DNA from: Candidatus Alloenteromonas pullicola | GTDB lineage: Bacteria > Bacillota_I > Bacilli_A > RFN20 > CAG-826 | Assembly: GCA_018714785.1 (NCBI GenBank) | Contig: DVMV01000015.1 | Location: forward strand, 732 to 64,731 | Direction of reading: 5' to 3' | DNA length: 64,000 nt | In this document: positions 16,556 to 26,507 of the stretch, in pieces | Numbering within the stretch: the stretch's first letter is position 1 | Layout: each line of letters starts with the position of its first letter | Notes under the pieces: generated by a model | The model's database searches: none | The model's input: the letters and a program-made list of their open reading frames with translations, nothing else | What the model was told of the DNA's origin: nothing | Made by a program: the position numbers and the translations under genes

Positions 16556-17125
16556 ATGGATAAGAAAAACATATCGATCGACGAGAAGTCGCTTTACCTC
16601 GACGCCAAGGCCTCGGGGTACCTATTGAGCTTCATCAAGCCCATGGAGGGCAAGTTCAGCAAGGAGGCACTGGCCCTGTTCGCCGGCTATTCCTTTCTGA
16701 CCCAGGATATCGATGGCTCCTACCTCGACCTTTCCCTGCTGAGCCTATCCTCCATCGCGGCCAAACGCGTCTTCGCCTATGGGGAGAGCCGCCACGAGCT
16801 GCCGGCTTGGGGCGAGGAGAAGCCGGAGGGCGACGATGAGCTCATCCACAAGGCGGCGGATGTGCTCATCGGGGCGCTTTCCTACAACCTTGGCATCGCC
16901 AACTCGATGTCCCCCGAGGATTGCCTCGGCCCATCCGAATCGATGTCCGGGACTTTGCTAGAGGGGGTCCGCGATGGGTTCCTTGAGGTGGGGGAGGACA
17001 AGGAGAAGGCCAAGCAGACCTTCTCTTCCATCTACCTGGATTCCAAGGACAAGCGCGACAATCTCAACCGGCTGCTGGGCGCCGTGGAGGACATGGTGCT
17101 TCAGGTCCGCTACCAAAATATTTAA
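16556..17125 (+). CDS. Hypothetical protein (189 aa)
   Basis: I use the internal ATG of listed ORF 16370..17125, which lies downstream of the terminator. The product (MDKKNISIDEKSLYLDAK...) has no motif I recognise. Confidence 0.5.
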   Translation: MDKKNISIDEKSLYLDAKASGYLLSFIKPMEGKFSKEALALFAGYSFLTQDIDGSYLDLSLLSLSSIAAKRVFAYGESRHELPAWGEEKPEGDDELIHKAADVLIGALSYNLGIANSMSPEDCLGPSESMSGTLLEGVRDGFLEVGEDKEKAKQTFSSIYLDSKDKRDNLNRLLGAVEDMVLQVRYQNI

Positions 17126-17150
17126 CTTTAATTAACTTTGGTCATATAAT
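17122..17150 (+). promoter_or_regulatory. Sigma-70-like promoter of the aminopeptidase P gene
   Basis: TTAACT - 17 nt - TATAAT, followed by GGAGG 6 nt before the ATG at 17169. Confidence 0.5.
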
Positions 17151-17168
17151 CCGCTCCGGAGGTTTTTT

Positions 17169-18896
17169 ATGGAGAATTACGAATCAAGGATCTCCGCTTT
17201 GCGGGGATTCATGAGGGCCAAAGGCCTCAAATCGGTGCTCATCCTCACCGGCGACCCCTTCGCTTCGGAGACGCCGAGCCCGCATTACGCTTTCCTCAGG
17301 GATTACTATTGCCCATTCCGCGGCGACAACGCCTCGGTCCTGATCGGGCTAGACCAAGCCTACCTTTGGTGCGACGGGCGCTTCTTCATCTCGGCCAAAA
17401 AGCAGCTCGAAGCCTCGCCGTTCAAGATGATGAAGATGGATACCGAGGGGTATCCTAGCCTATACGAGTTCCTCTCCAGCCATCCGGACTATTTCCCGCT
17501 TGGCGGCATGGAGGACTGCATACCCGAATCCGATTTTGAGCGTCTAAGCTCCTTAGGCAAGATCGAGGACGTCGATCTGTTCCCTCTATCCGAAGGCGCC
17601 CCGGAAAAATCGCATAGCAAGCTGTTCGTGCTGGGTAGCGACTTGGTTAGCGAGGGCGCGGAAGAGAAGATAGCCCGGTTCAAAGAAAAGATAGGCGAGG
17701 GCAAGGCGGCGATCGTCACAACGCTCGACGACATCGCCTACTTGACCAACCTCCGCGGCGACGACATCCCCTACACGCCGCTATTCGATTCCTACCTTTA
17801 TCTTGGGGAGGAGGACGTCCTCTTCGTCGACGAGAGGCGGATTCCGGATGGCTACTCGGCCACCAAGGTAATGCCCATCGAAAGCGTTTTCGACTGCCTT
17901 CGCGCCCATGGCGAGACCCCGACTTATGTGGATAGGGACAGCTGCAACAGCAAGATATATTCCTGCCTCGCCAACCCGCTTCCCGGGACGATGCCGTCTA
18001 ATCTTGAGAAGGCCATCAAACGCCAAGTTGAGATCGAGAACACCATCCGCGTGCAGAAGGAGGATGGGGCGGCTTTAGTCCGCTTCCAGATGCTGCTGGA
18101 GTCAGGCCTTCCCTCGGACGAGCTTGCCCTCTCGGATAGGCTGCACGAATTCCGCCGGATGGGCAAAGGGTTCATCGGCGAGTCGTTCCAGACCATCTGC
18201 TCGGCATCCTCAAATGCCGCCATGATGCATTACGCCCCAACAAGCGAGTCACACTCCGCGGTGAGTTCCGATGATGTGTGCCTATTGGTTGATTCGGGCG
18301 GCCAGTACCTAGGCGGGACCACCGACACCACCAGGACCTTCCCAATCAACCCGACCGAGGAGTTCAGGCGCGACTACACCCTGACCCTGAAGTCGCTCAT
18401 CGCCATAAGCAAAGCCGTCTTCCTATCTAGCTGCACCGGCCGGGCGCTCGATGGGCTTTCCCGCGAGATAATGTGGCGAGAGGGCATGGACTATAAATGC
18501 GGAACCGGGCACGGCGTCGGCTACATGGGCGTCGTCCACGAGGGGCCGAACGGATTCCGCTACAAGGACGTGCCGGGCAAAAACGACGGCTGCGCCATCC
18601 TCCCCGGCATGATCACGACCATCGAGCCCGGCGTCTATAAGGAAGGAAACTACGGCATCAGGATCGAGAACAACCTGCTCTGCGTGCCGGCGTTTCAAAA
18701 CGAGTTCGGGCGCTTCTACCGCTTCAAGACCATAACCTATGCCCCGATCGAGACGAGCTGCATCGAAAAAGGAATGCTCGATGCTTCCGAGATCGAATGG
18801 CTAAACGACTACCATAAGCAGGTCTATGAGGCCCTAAGCCCCTTGCTAAACGATGAAGAAAAGGCCTTCCTGAGGAAGAAGACCCAAGCTATTTGA
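17169..18896 (+). CDS. Xaa-Pro aminopeptidase (M24B, aminopeptidase P family, long form)
   Basis: The 575-aa product has creatinase-like N-terminal domains and a pita-bread C-terminal domain carrying metal-ligand blocks (LVDSGGQY, GTGHGVGYMGVVHEGP, TIEPGVY, IRIENN). Confidence 0.88.
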   Translation: MENYESRISALRGFMRAKGLKSVLILTGDPFASETPSPHYAFLRDYYCPFRGDNASVLIGLDQAYLWCDGRFFISAKKQLEASPFKMMKMDTEGYPSLYEFLSSHPDYFPLGGMEDCIPESDFERLSSLGKIEDVDLFPLSEGAPEKSHSKLFVLGSDLVSEGAEEKIARFKEKIGEGKAAIVTTLDDIAYLTNLRGDDIPYTPLFDSYLYLGEEDVLFVDERRIPDGYSATKVMPIESVFDCLRAHGETPTYVDRDSCNSKIYSCLANPLPGTMPSNLEKAIKRQVEIENTIRVQKEDGAALVRFQMLLESGLPSDELALSDRLHEFRRMGKGFIGESFQTICSASSNAAMMHYAPTSESHSAVSSDDVCLLVDSGGQYLGGTTDTTRTFPINPTEEFRRDYTLTLKSLIAISKAVFLSSCTGRALDGLSREIMWREGMDYKCGTGHGVGYMGVVHEGPNGFRYKDVPGKNDGCAILPGMITTIEPGVYKEGNYGIRIENNLLCVPAFQNEFGRFYRFKTITYAPIETSCIEKGMLDASEIEWLNDYHKQVYEALSPLLNDEEKAFLRKKTQAI

Positions 18897-19428
18897 ACTC
18901 GTAGCGCTTGACTTCGCAGTTGTCGAGCAGGTAATTGATGAACTCGTCGTTGCCCATATCGTCCTCGAAATAGGCGTTCACGATCCTCGATATCCCGCCA
19001 TGGGCGACCAATAGGACGTCCTTGCCGGGATATTTTTCTTTGAGCATGTTTAGAAACGGGAAGACCCTGGCGGCCACGTCGAGGTAGGACTCGCCGCCGC
19101 CGGGGTAGCGCTTGGCGAAGGATGAGCGCTGGGCGAAATAGTCCTCGCCATGCCGGCTCTTGCCCTCGAATGAGCCGTAATGCTCCTCGCGCAGGCATTC
19201 GGTTTCGATGAGCGGGATATCGCGGCCTTCCAATATGATCTGCGCGGTTTCCTTCGCCCTTTTAAGCGGGCTGACGAAAGCCAGGTCGAGATGGATGCCT
19301 TTCATCTTTTCCCTAAGCTCAGCCGCCTGCTCCATCCCTTCTTGGTTGAGCTCGGCATCGATGCTGCCCTGAATCAGGTAGGCCTTGTTGTAATCCGTCT
19401 GGCCGTGACGCACGTAGTAAACTGCCAT
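18889..19428 (-). CDS. Histidine phosphatase family protein (phosphoglycerate-mutase-like)
   Basis: VYYVRHGQTDYN contains the RHG catalytic motif, and the C-terminal block LVAHGG is present. The start is ambiguous: ATG at 19428 or TTG at 19467, as in the listed ORF. Confidence 0.8.
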   Translation of the reverse strand: MAVYYVRHGQTDYNKAYLIQGSIDAELNQEGMEQAAELREKMKGIHLDLAFVSPLKRAKETAQIILEGRDIPLIETECLREEHYGSFEGKSRHGEDYFAQRSSFAKRYPGGGESYLDVAARVFPFLNMLKEKYPGKDVLLVAHGGISRIVNAYFEDDMGNDEFINYLLDNCEVKRYEFK

Positions 19429-19490
19429 ATCCGGGGTTGTTTTACCTTCCTCCTTTTCCCTTTTCAATCCCCAAAAGGTAAGATGTTGTC

Positions 19491-21762
19491 ATGATAGAAG
19501 AGAAAGATGGTTTCTTTTGCCTGCATGGCGATTCGTTTTGCTATTTGCTCTGCCTGGAAAACGGCGAGCTTAGCCTAATCCACTTCGGGAGGGATTTGCC
19601 GATTGAAGACGGGGCCGCGCTCAAGCTCGACCGATCGGTATTGCCCGGGCGGGCGACGCTCTCGCCCGACGGCCGGACCGGGGCCGTCACGACGTCCGAA
19701 TTCCCGCTTGGGCGGTTCGGCGATAAGCTATCGCCTTGCTTCGAGGCCGAGAAGGGCGGGAAGTCGAGCTTCGACTTTCTGTCGCATAAACGAGCTGGCC
19801 GAGCCGATGGATGGCTACCCGACGCCAAAAGGGGCCAGCGAGCTGGTATTCGAATTGGCGGATGAGGCGATGGGGGTCGAGGCCGAGCTCCATTACCTGC
19901 TTTTCCCGACGGCCGTGGGGCGGTATATGAGGATCGTCAACCACGGCGAGCCGCTCACCGTCAGGAAGGCGCTTTGCTCGATAACCTTCCCCTTCGCCGA
20001 TTTCTCCGGACGCTTCCTTTCCGCCTCCTGGGCCGACGAGGCCAGGCCCAGCGACGTGAGGTTCAACTGCGGGGCCTGGAGCATGGATTCCCGCCTTGGG
20101 GCAAGCTGCGAGGCGTTCAACCCGTTTTTCCACCTGCGCCGCGAGAACGGGGAATGCTATGGGTTCAACCTGGTGTATTCGGGGAATCACTTCGCCGCCG
20201 TCGAGGCCGGAAAGCACGGCTTCACCCGGGTGATGAACGGCATCTCGCCCACGGCGTTTGCCAAGACCGTTTCCGATGCAGAGGCGTTCACCACGCCCTT
20301 GTCCGTCGTGACCTATGGCGAGGACCTCGATTGCCTTAGCCACGCCAATTCCGACTTCGTCAACGGCTGCGTCGTCCCCGAGGCCTTCTCCAATAAGACC
20401 AAGCCCATCTCCTACAACAACTGGGAGGCGACCTACTTCAGGTTCACCAAGCAGAAGATCTACGCTCTGGCGAGGAAGGCCAAGAAGCTGGGGATCGAGC
20501 TGTTCGTCCTCGACGATGGATGGTTCGGTTCCCGCGATGACGACACCAAGGCTCTGGGCGATTGGCGCCCCAACCTGAAGAAGCTGCCCGGAGGCCCGCG
20601 GAAGGTTTCCGACTACGTCCATAAGCTCGGGATGAAGTTCGGCCTTTGGTTCGAGCCGGAGATGGTTAGCCCCGATTCCGACCTATACCGCGCCCATCCA
20701 GACTGGGCTTTGTCAGACGGAATTCACCCCAATAGCCTAGGCAGGAACCAGCTCACGCTCGACCTGACCAGGCAAGAAGTCCAGGATTTCATCGTCGACA
20801 CCATCGTCTCCGCCGTCAAGGAGTACCGGCTCGATTACATAAAGTGGGATTACAACCGCTCAATGGATGGATTCCCGCGGCTTGGCGGGTCCTATTGCCA
20901 CGAATACGTGATGTCCCTATACAAAGTGCTGTCGCGTATACGCGAGAGGTGCCCCGACACGCTTTTCGAGAACTGCGCCTCGGGAGGATCGCGGAACGAT
21001 CTGGGGATGTTCAGCTTCTTCCCATACGGCTGGGCCAGCGACGACACGGATTCCTACGAAAGGGCGAAGATGCAGCGCGAGCTTTCCGTCGGCTACCCTT
21101 TCTCGGTATTCTCGAACCACGTCTCCGCCAAGACGAGCCATCAGATGTTCCGCTACAGCAGCCTCGGCACCAAATTCGACGTGGCGATGCTCGGCTGCCT
21201 GGGGTATGAGCTCGACCTATCCGGCCTAAGGAAGAACGATGAGCGGGAGATTGCCTCGCAGATAAGCTTTTATAAGGCCCATCGCGGGCTGTCGCAATTG
21301 GGCCGGCGCTACGACGTCTCCGGCGATGGGTACATCGCAGTCGAATCCCAGCTGGGCGACCAGGCGCTCATCAGCTTCCAAGCGAAAGAGGCGACCCCCA
21401 ACTTCCATTACGACTTCCTAAAGGCCAAAGGCCTGCGCAAAGAAGGGAGATACATACTCAAAAACCGGAAGGAAAGCTTCGATCTGCGGCGTTTCGGGTC
21501 GATGGTCAATTACGTGTCGCCGGTAAGGATAAAGGAAGACGGGCCCTTGATAAACCTCATCGCGAGGCATTACGAGTATCCCTCAGAGGAGACCTCGTTG
21601 CTCTGCTCTGGGTCATCTTTGGATGCCGGGGTGCCGCTTCCCCCCGCCTATTGCGGGTCGGGTATATCAAAGACCTGCCGGATCATGTTCGACTTCTCGG
21701 CTAGGGCCTATTGCATCGAGCCTTGTCCGGAAGCCGGGTCGAGCATCAGCAGCAAGGAATAG
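19491..21762 (+). pseudogene. GH36 alpha-galactosidase interrupted by a single +1 frameshift at an A-run (19788..19790)
   Basis: The GH36 N-terminus lies in frame 0 (ORF 19491.., ending ...SSFDFLSHK). The rest lies in frame +1 from 19789 (NELAEPMDGYPTPKG...NNWEATYF...LDDGWFG...KWDYNR...ENCASGG). Frame +1 upstream of 19789 is Arg-rich nonsense. Confidence 0.85.
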
Positions 21763-22346
21763 CATAGCGGCAGCAGGGCGTAGGCGAATAGGAACCCCGG
21801 CTCGCCAAGCGAGAGCCACAAGGCCATCGGAATGGCGACGATCGCCAGGCAGGCCGCAGCGATTCCGATCGGCAGCAGGCGCTTGTTTAGCCTGAACTGC
21901 CCGGCCACCATCCGCCCGCCGCGAAGCAAGAAGGCGGAAAAGCCCGGGATCAAGAAGCAGAATTCGCTTACATGGGTCGGCGTTCCGAAGGCCTCGGTTA
22001 TACCTATCAAGGCCAGCGCGACCCCGATTATCGGGAGGATTATCTCGATGGCGTCCAACGCCCGGGTGATTTTTTCGGCGCCTTGCCTCCCGAGTTTGAA
22101 CAGCGGCTCGCCGCAGTTTTGGACGCAGGAATAGGAACAGGCGGCGAAAACGGCCGGCGAGGCCGAGGCGACGATGGGCATGAGGCCATAGCAGCATCCG
22201 GCCAGAACCGGGGCGTAATCGACGAACAACCCGTCTCCCAATCCGAAGGCCAGCGATAGGGCGACGTCGGATGCCGCCAGGCAGATTCCCAGCACGATCG
22301 ACAGCCCAACATAGAACTGTCGCTTATTCCGCGAGGTATCGGACAT
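21708..22346 (-). CDS. Hypothetical polytopic membrane protein (212 aa)
   Basis: Hydrophobic segments run throughout. It overlaps the upstream S66 peptidase gene by 23 nt on the same strand and the alpha-galactosidase 3' end by 55 nt (convergent). Confidence 0.5.
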   Translation of the reverse strand: MSDTSRNKRQFYVGLSIVLGICLAASDVALSLAFGLGDGLFVDYAPVLAGCCYGLMPIVASASPAVFAACSYSCVQNCGEPLFKLGRQGAEKITRALDAIEIILPIIGVALALIGITEAFGTPTHVSEFCFLIPGFSAFLLRGGRMVAGQFRLNKRLLPIGIAAACLAIVAIPMALWLSLGEPGFLFAYALLPLCYSLLLMLDPASGQGSMQ

Positions 22347-23331
22347 AGATCCCCTCCTCGTCGATTCCTACCTTGGCCCTCGCCCCCTCGATGAACGGCA
22401 TCGACGGCGGCAGATGCCCCAATGGGCAATCGTAGACGGTGGGGATGCCGAGCCCGCCGATGACCTGCTCGGCCATCTCGGCGAACCCCATCCCGAAAGC
22501 CGTCTCGCCATAATGCAACGGCCGCCCGAAGAGAAGCAGCGAGACATTGTCGAGATATCCGGCCTCGCGGAGCTGGAACAAGGCCCTTCGGAAGCCTAAC
22601 GGCGTCAGGTCGCAGCATTCCAAGAAGAGTATGAGCTTGCCATTCTCCGCCGCGAATTCCCTGAAGCGGTCGAACCGCGTGCCGACAAGCCCCACGATGC
22701 AATCCAAGCATCCCCCGATTAGGGTGCCCTCCCTTTCCCCGTCGTAGCGGCGGGTCTCCAATATCGATGGGCGTCGGTAGGCGACTCGCTTTAGCGGCGG
22801 GTCATCCTTGCTTGAGCCGAAGCTCCATTTCGGGTAGCCGCGCACGAAGCTGGCGCCCGAAAGAAGATTCAGGGCATCTAGCTGGTTGAGCCTCTGCCTA
22901 CGCTCATAGAAGCTCGGGGCGTTTGGCCCATAGATTGCCTTCACCCCGGAAAGAATCGGCAGCAGAAATGCCAGGTTGGTGTTGTCGGAAAAGCCCATGA
23001 ACCACTTGGGGTCTGCGGATTTAATGGCCTCGAAATCCACGTAGGGCAGGATCTCATCCATCACCTCGCCGCCCCCGACGGAAAGCAGCAGGTCGGATCC
23101 GCCTTCTAGGTAGGCATCGTTGAATTCCTTTGCCCGCAGCTCCGGGGCGGTGGAGGCTACTGGGTCGTCGGATAGGTAGACGTTGGGCCCGACTTTCACC
23201 TGATAGCCGAGCCTGGTGAAATTCCTTATTGATTGCTCAAGCCGCGAGAAATACGGCTCGATTGACACCCCGAATGAGGGGGCTATGAGGCAGATGGTCG
23301 ATCCAAGCGAAAGAAAAGGCGGGGTTTTCAT
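22324..23331 (-). CDS. LD-carboxypeptidase / MccF-like serine peptidase (family S66)
   Basis: ICLIAPSFGV sits at the N-terminus and GFSDNT holds the nucleophile Ser. The C-terminal block PLGHLPP contains the catalytic His. Confidence 0.8.
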   Translation of the reverse strand: MKTPPFLSLGSTICLIAPSFGVSIEPYFSRLEQSIRNFTRLGYQVKVGPNVYLSDDPVASTAPELRAKEFNDAYLEGGSDLLLSVGGGEVMDEILPYVDFEAIKSADPKWFMGFSDNTNLAFLLPILSGVKAIYGPNAPSFYERRQRLNQLDALNLLSGASFVRGYPKWSFGSSKDDPPLKRVAYRRPSILETRRYDGEREGTLIGGCLDCIVGLVGTRFDRFREFAAENGKLILFLECCDLTPLGFRRALFQLREAGYLDNVSLLLFGRPLHYGETAFGMGFAEMAEQVIGGLGIPTVYDCPLGHLPPSMPFIEGARAKVGIDEEGIYVRYLAE

Positions 23332-23364
23332 ATCCTAGATGATACCTTAACTCCGCCGTTTTCT

Positions 23365-24069
23365 CTATTTCTCGCTGCTGCTTAGGCTGTCGACTACGTT
23401 CTCGACGATCGGGGTGCCGGAATCGGGCTCGATGGTCTTGCTGGCGCTGATGGATTCATCGGGCGCGGCCTTGACCATGGCCTGGTTCATGCTTATCCCG
23501 GCCGTGACGCCGCTTCCTATCACGAAGACGGAGAACAGCCCTAGCAGGGACGAATATAGCTGTTTCTTTTTCTTGGCCTTGACCTGACCGCTGCGTATCG
23601 AGGCGGCGAGCTCGGTGTTCATCATCATCGGGTTGGGATAGAGGATGTGGCTCGCCTCGATGCCGAAGGTCTCGATCAGGCGGTCTATGAAGTTGAGGGT
23701 CGGCAGCGAATCGCCGAGCTCGTAGCTCCTTATCGATCGGACGCTGGCGAGGGCTTTCTGCGCGAACTCCTCTTGGCTCAACCCCCTGGCGTTCCGGAAG
23801 AAGGCCAGCTGCAGCGATATGATCTGCGGGTCGAGCGGCTTGTTGACGATGTCGGTGGGATTCTCCCTCCTGGCCAACAGGTCGTCAAGGGACAATCCGA
23901 GCGCGTTGGCCAAAGAGGGGCCCACCAGTAAGGAAATGGAAAGCTTTCCGGCTTCGAACTTCGAAAACGCCTGTGGGCTATATCCCACATAGGACGCAAG
24001 TTCGGTTTGCGTTAGGCGAAGCGCTTTTCTGCGGCGCTCGACGAATTTTCCCAGTGCTTCCTTTTCCAT
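23365..24069 (-). CDS. XRE-family regulator with two tandem HTH domains and a C-terminal TM anchor
   Basis: HTH 1 is LRLTQTELASYVGYSPQAFSKFEAG and HTH 2 is RGLSQEEFAQKALASVRSIRSYELG. A TM helix (LYSSLLGLFSVFVIGSGVTAGI) and a ~40-aa tail follow. Confidence 0.8.
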   Translation of the reverse strand: MEKEALGKFVERRRKALRLTQTELASYVGYSPQAFSKFEAGKLSISLLVGPSLANALGLSLDDLLARRENPTDIVNKPLDPQIISLQLAFFRNARGLSQEEFAQKALASVRSIRSYELGDSLPTLNFIDRLIETFGIEASHILYPNPMMMNTELAASIRSGQVKAKKKKQLYSSLLGLFSVFVIGSGVTAGISMNQAMVKAAPDESISASKTIEPDSGTPIVENVVDSLSSSEK

Positions 24070-24149
24070 ACTTCGGATTGTATTGCCCGGTCAGAATAAG
24101 TTAATAAATTATTTTGCCGGTTGGAGAAGTCTACACATATCCCAAAATA

Positions 24150-24177
24150 TTGCAAACAATTTGTTCGGAAATATAAT
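24150..24177 (+). promoter_or_regulatory. Sigma-70-like promoter of the PhoH-like gene
   Basis: TTGCAA - 16 nt - TATAAT, with GAGGT 7 nt before the ATG at 24204. Confidence 0.5.
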
Positions 24178-24203
24178 ATCGGCAGTGGAAAAGCGAGGTA
24201 TAA

Positions 24204-24992
24204 ATGGCTTCGACGAACTCAAATTACGTCCTTTTCGGCGTTGATTTCGGCTCCAATCAGGGACAAAGGGCGCTAATCAGGCAGATCAATGAGGACTGCC
24301 AAAGGAAACCGGTCGTCTACTGCCGGGGCGCAGCCGGGACCGGCAAGACATTCGCCGCCTTGGCCGCGTCGCTTAGCCTGGTAAGGGGCAAAGGCGCCAA
24401 GAAGAAGTACAAGAACATCTATTATGTACGCGAGCCGGTTGAGATCGGGCATCGCCTGGGATACCTCAAGGGGACCGAGGAGGACAAGTACGCCCCCTAC
24501 CTCGGGCCGCTGCTGGACAACTACAACCATCTGATGGCCAAGGGCCGGAAGGCCGGGGCGGTACCCGACAACATCCGCCAGCCCAAGAAGATCAAGGCCA
24601 AGATGGATGACGAGGAGATGGATGCCCAGCCCTACCAGAGGCTGCCGAGCGACATCGTCCCGCTGGCCCCCGAATTCCTACGCGGGCGCAGCTTCGAGAA
24701 CTGCATAATCATCGTCGACGAGGCGCAGAACCTGACGCTGGATGAGCTGCAGACCATCGTCACCCGAATCGGCGAATACACCAAGCTCGTCATAATAGGT
24801 TCCCCGAACCAGATCGACATCCCGGGGATGGACGAGGAGAACAACGCCTTCATGACCTCCTACCGCATCCTCGAGCCGACTGGGCTGGTCGGTTTCGTTG
24901 AATTGACCGAGCCGATGCGCTCATCCTTCGTCGCCGAGTTCGACATGGCATTCGTGGCCTACAAGAAAAGCCTGAAGAAAAAGAAGGATTGA
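24204..24992 (+). CDS. PhoH-like ATPase
   Basis: Walker A is GAAGTGKTF. PhoH blocks are present (EPVEIGHRLGYLKGTEEDKYAPYLGPL, LRGRSFENCIIIVDEAQNLTLDELQTIVTRIG, VIIGSPNQIDIP). A Lys/Asp/Glu-rich insertion sits in the middle. Confidence 0.8.
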   Translation: MASTNSNYVLFGVDFGSNQGQRALIRQINEDCQRKPVVYCRGAAGTGKTFAALAASLSLVRGKGAKKKYKNIYYVREPVEIGHRLGYLKGTEEDKYAPYLGPLLDNYNHLMAKGRKAGAVPDNIRQPKKIKAKMDDEEMDAQPYQRLPSDIVPLAPEFLRGRSFENCIIIVDEAQNLTLDELQTIVTRIGEYTKLVIIGSPNQIDIPGMDEENNAFMTSYRILEPTGLVGFVELTEPMRSSFVAEFDMAFVAYKKSLKKKKD

Positions 24993-25053
24993 AGCCATCC
25001 CGACAATCCTTTTCTTTATCCTGTTTTTGGTTTAGTCTATTTCAAGAAAGACA

Positions 25054-25560
25054 TTGGATATGGAAAACGATAGGCAATCAATTGACATGTTCGCCAAGCT
25101 GTTCGGCACGATGGCCCGGCTTGTCCACGAGAAGTACGACGAAGAGGAGCTTCCCTTCGACGAGAGGGAGGAGCTGCTGGTCGCCGCGACCGCCTTCCTG
25201 CGCGAGCTAGACGACAATCGCGTCTATGCCGTGCTGGCAAACGAGCTGATCGACCTGCTCAACCATAGGGCGTTCCGCATTGACGACGACACCGTCTTAA
25301 CCTTCCCGGAAGACGGAAGGAAGATGGGGCAGGTCGCCTATATCCTGGCCACCATCAACGACGAGTCTTTCTCCGACAAGCTCAACCCCGAGCTCTATGA
25401 GGCGGTCTGCGGGCTGGCTCAGCTAGGCTACGACGAGCCCGACCAGGCGATGGATGACCTATGCCACTCGCTGCTTGGATGCAACGAGCCGGATTTCTCC
25501 ATCAAGGACATACACGGCGAGGTCAAGCTGCTCATACAGGGCAAAGAGGAGGAAGCCTGA
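25054..25560 (+). CDS. Hypothetical acidic protein (168 aa)
   Basis: A clean ORF with no recognised motif. Its stop overlaps the next start (TGATG). Confidence 0.55.
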   Translation: MDMENDRQSIDMFAKLFGTMARLVHEKYDEEELPFDEREELLVAATAFLRELDDNRVYAVLANELIDLLNHRAFRIDDDTVLTFPEDGRKMGQVAYILATINDESFSDKLNPELYEAVCGLAQLGYDEPDQAMDDLCHSLLGCNEPDFSIKDIHGEVKLLIQGKEEEA

Positions 25561-26402
25561 TGGTCCTCAAAGCCAAGGACAGCGACTTCAAGCTGCAGCG
25601 CGACATAACCGGCGAGGACCCGCTGCGCCTGATCGGCATGATCTCCGCCGATCTGGCCGCGGAGGCGCCGATTGCCTTCAAGCGCGACCTTTTGGGACTC
25701 ATCGAGTGCCTTGGGCGGATAGTCGACGTCTCGATCCTCTCCCCGCGGCTTCGCTACCCAACGCCGACGACCCCTCTGGTCTACCTTTGCCTTAGCATCG
25801 GGCAAGACGGCGCCCTATACGCGAGGCTGGACAACTACTTCAAGACCGACAACTACCTGAGCTTCGACGCCGGGATAAACTTCTACAACGCGCTGATAAG
25901 GAGGCTCAGTATCGCCCTCGATGCACCCTACCTATCGAGGATATTCTTGCGCAATCCCTCGCCGACTACGGGGCTTAGCTACGTCGGGGCCTCTGGCAAC
26001 CTGCTTGGCGCCAAGGTGCATTTCTCGGTTTCCCAACGCGCCCGCCTTGCCGAAAACAACTCAATTTGCCTTTTGAAGGCGCGGGTTGAGATAGAGGAAA
26101 TACCCGATTCGACCATGGCCTTCGGGCTGCTATTGCTAAATACAAAGCGCATAAAGCGCAGCCAGCGCTACGTCATCGACCCGAATGGCAAGAAGACGGC
26201 CAGCCGCTGCTATGAGCTGAGCTACCCGACCGCCTCCCTTGGCCCGTTCCACCGGGCCGACGTAGGCCTCATCATCCAGGCCCGCGGCAAGAGCACCGAG
26301 CTATCCGACGATGGCAAGACAATGCGCCTGAAGGGGGATTTCGCCCAGCTGACCTTGCCGTTATCCGTCAATCTTTGCTTCCCGGACATCGCTTCGAAGT
26401 GA
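25560..26402 (+). CDS. Hypothetical protein (280 aa)
   Basis: I use the internal ATG of listed ORF 25461..26402 (MVLKAKDSDFKLQRD...), which is coupled to the upstream stop. No motif recognised. Confidence 0.55.
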   Translation: MVLKAKDSDFKLQRDITGEDPLRLIGMISADLAAEAPIAFKRDLLGLIECLGRIVDVSILSPRLRYPTPTTPLVYLCLSIGQDGALYARLDNYFKTDNYLSFDAGINFYNALIRRLSIALDAPYLSRIFLRNPSPTTGLSYVGASGNLLGAKVHFSVSQRARLAENNSICLLKARVEIEEIPDSTMAFGLLLLNTKRIKRSQRYVIDPNGKKTASRCYELSYPTASLGPFHRADVGLIIQARGKSTELSDDGKTMRLKGDFAQLTLPLSVNLCFPDIASK

Positions 26403-26507
26403 AAGCGGGGCCGATTCGGCCCTTTTCTTTTTTTGCCGACCCCTTTCCCCGCGGCATTGAAGAAACCAGTCCCGGCCGATAGAATTACCTCTCGGAGGTT
26501 GCTATTC

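Noticed and set aside
19603-19788. The listed start (19603) of the 719-aa alpha-galactosidase ORF, taken as an independent intact gene.
   Set aside because: The first ~62 codons in that frame are Arg/Pro/Ser-rich nonsense. The genuine GH36 N-terminal domain is in the other frame (19491..19790). The two ORFs are halves of one frameshifted gene.
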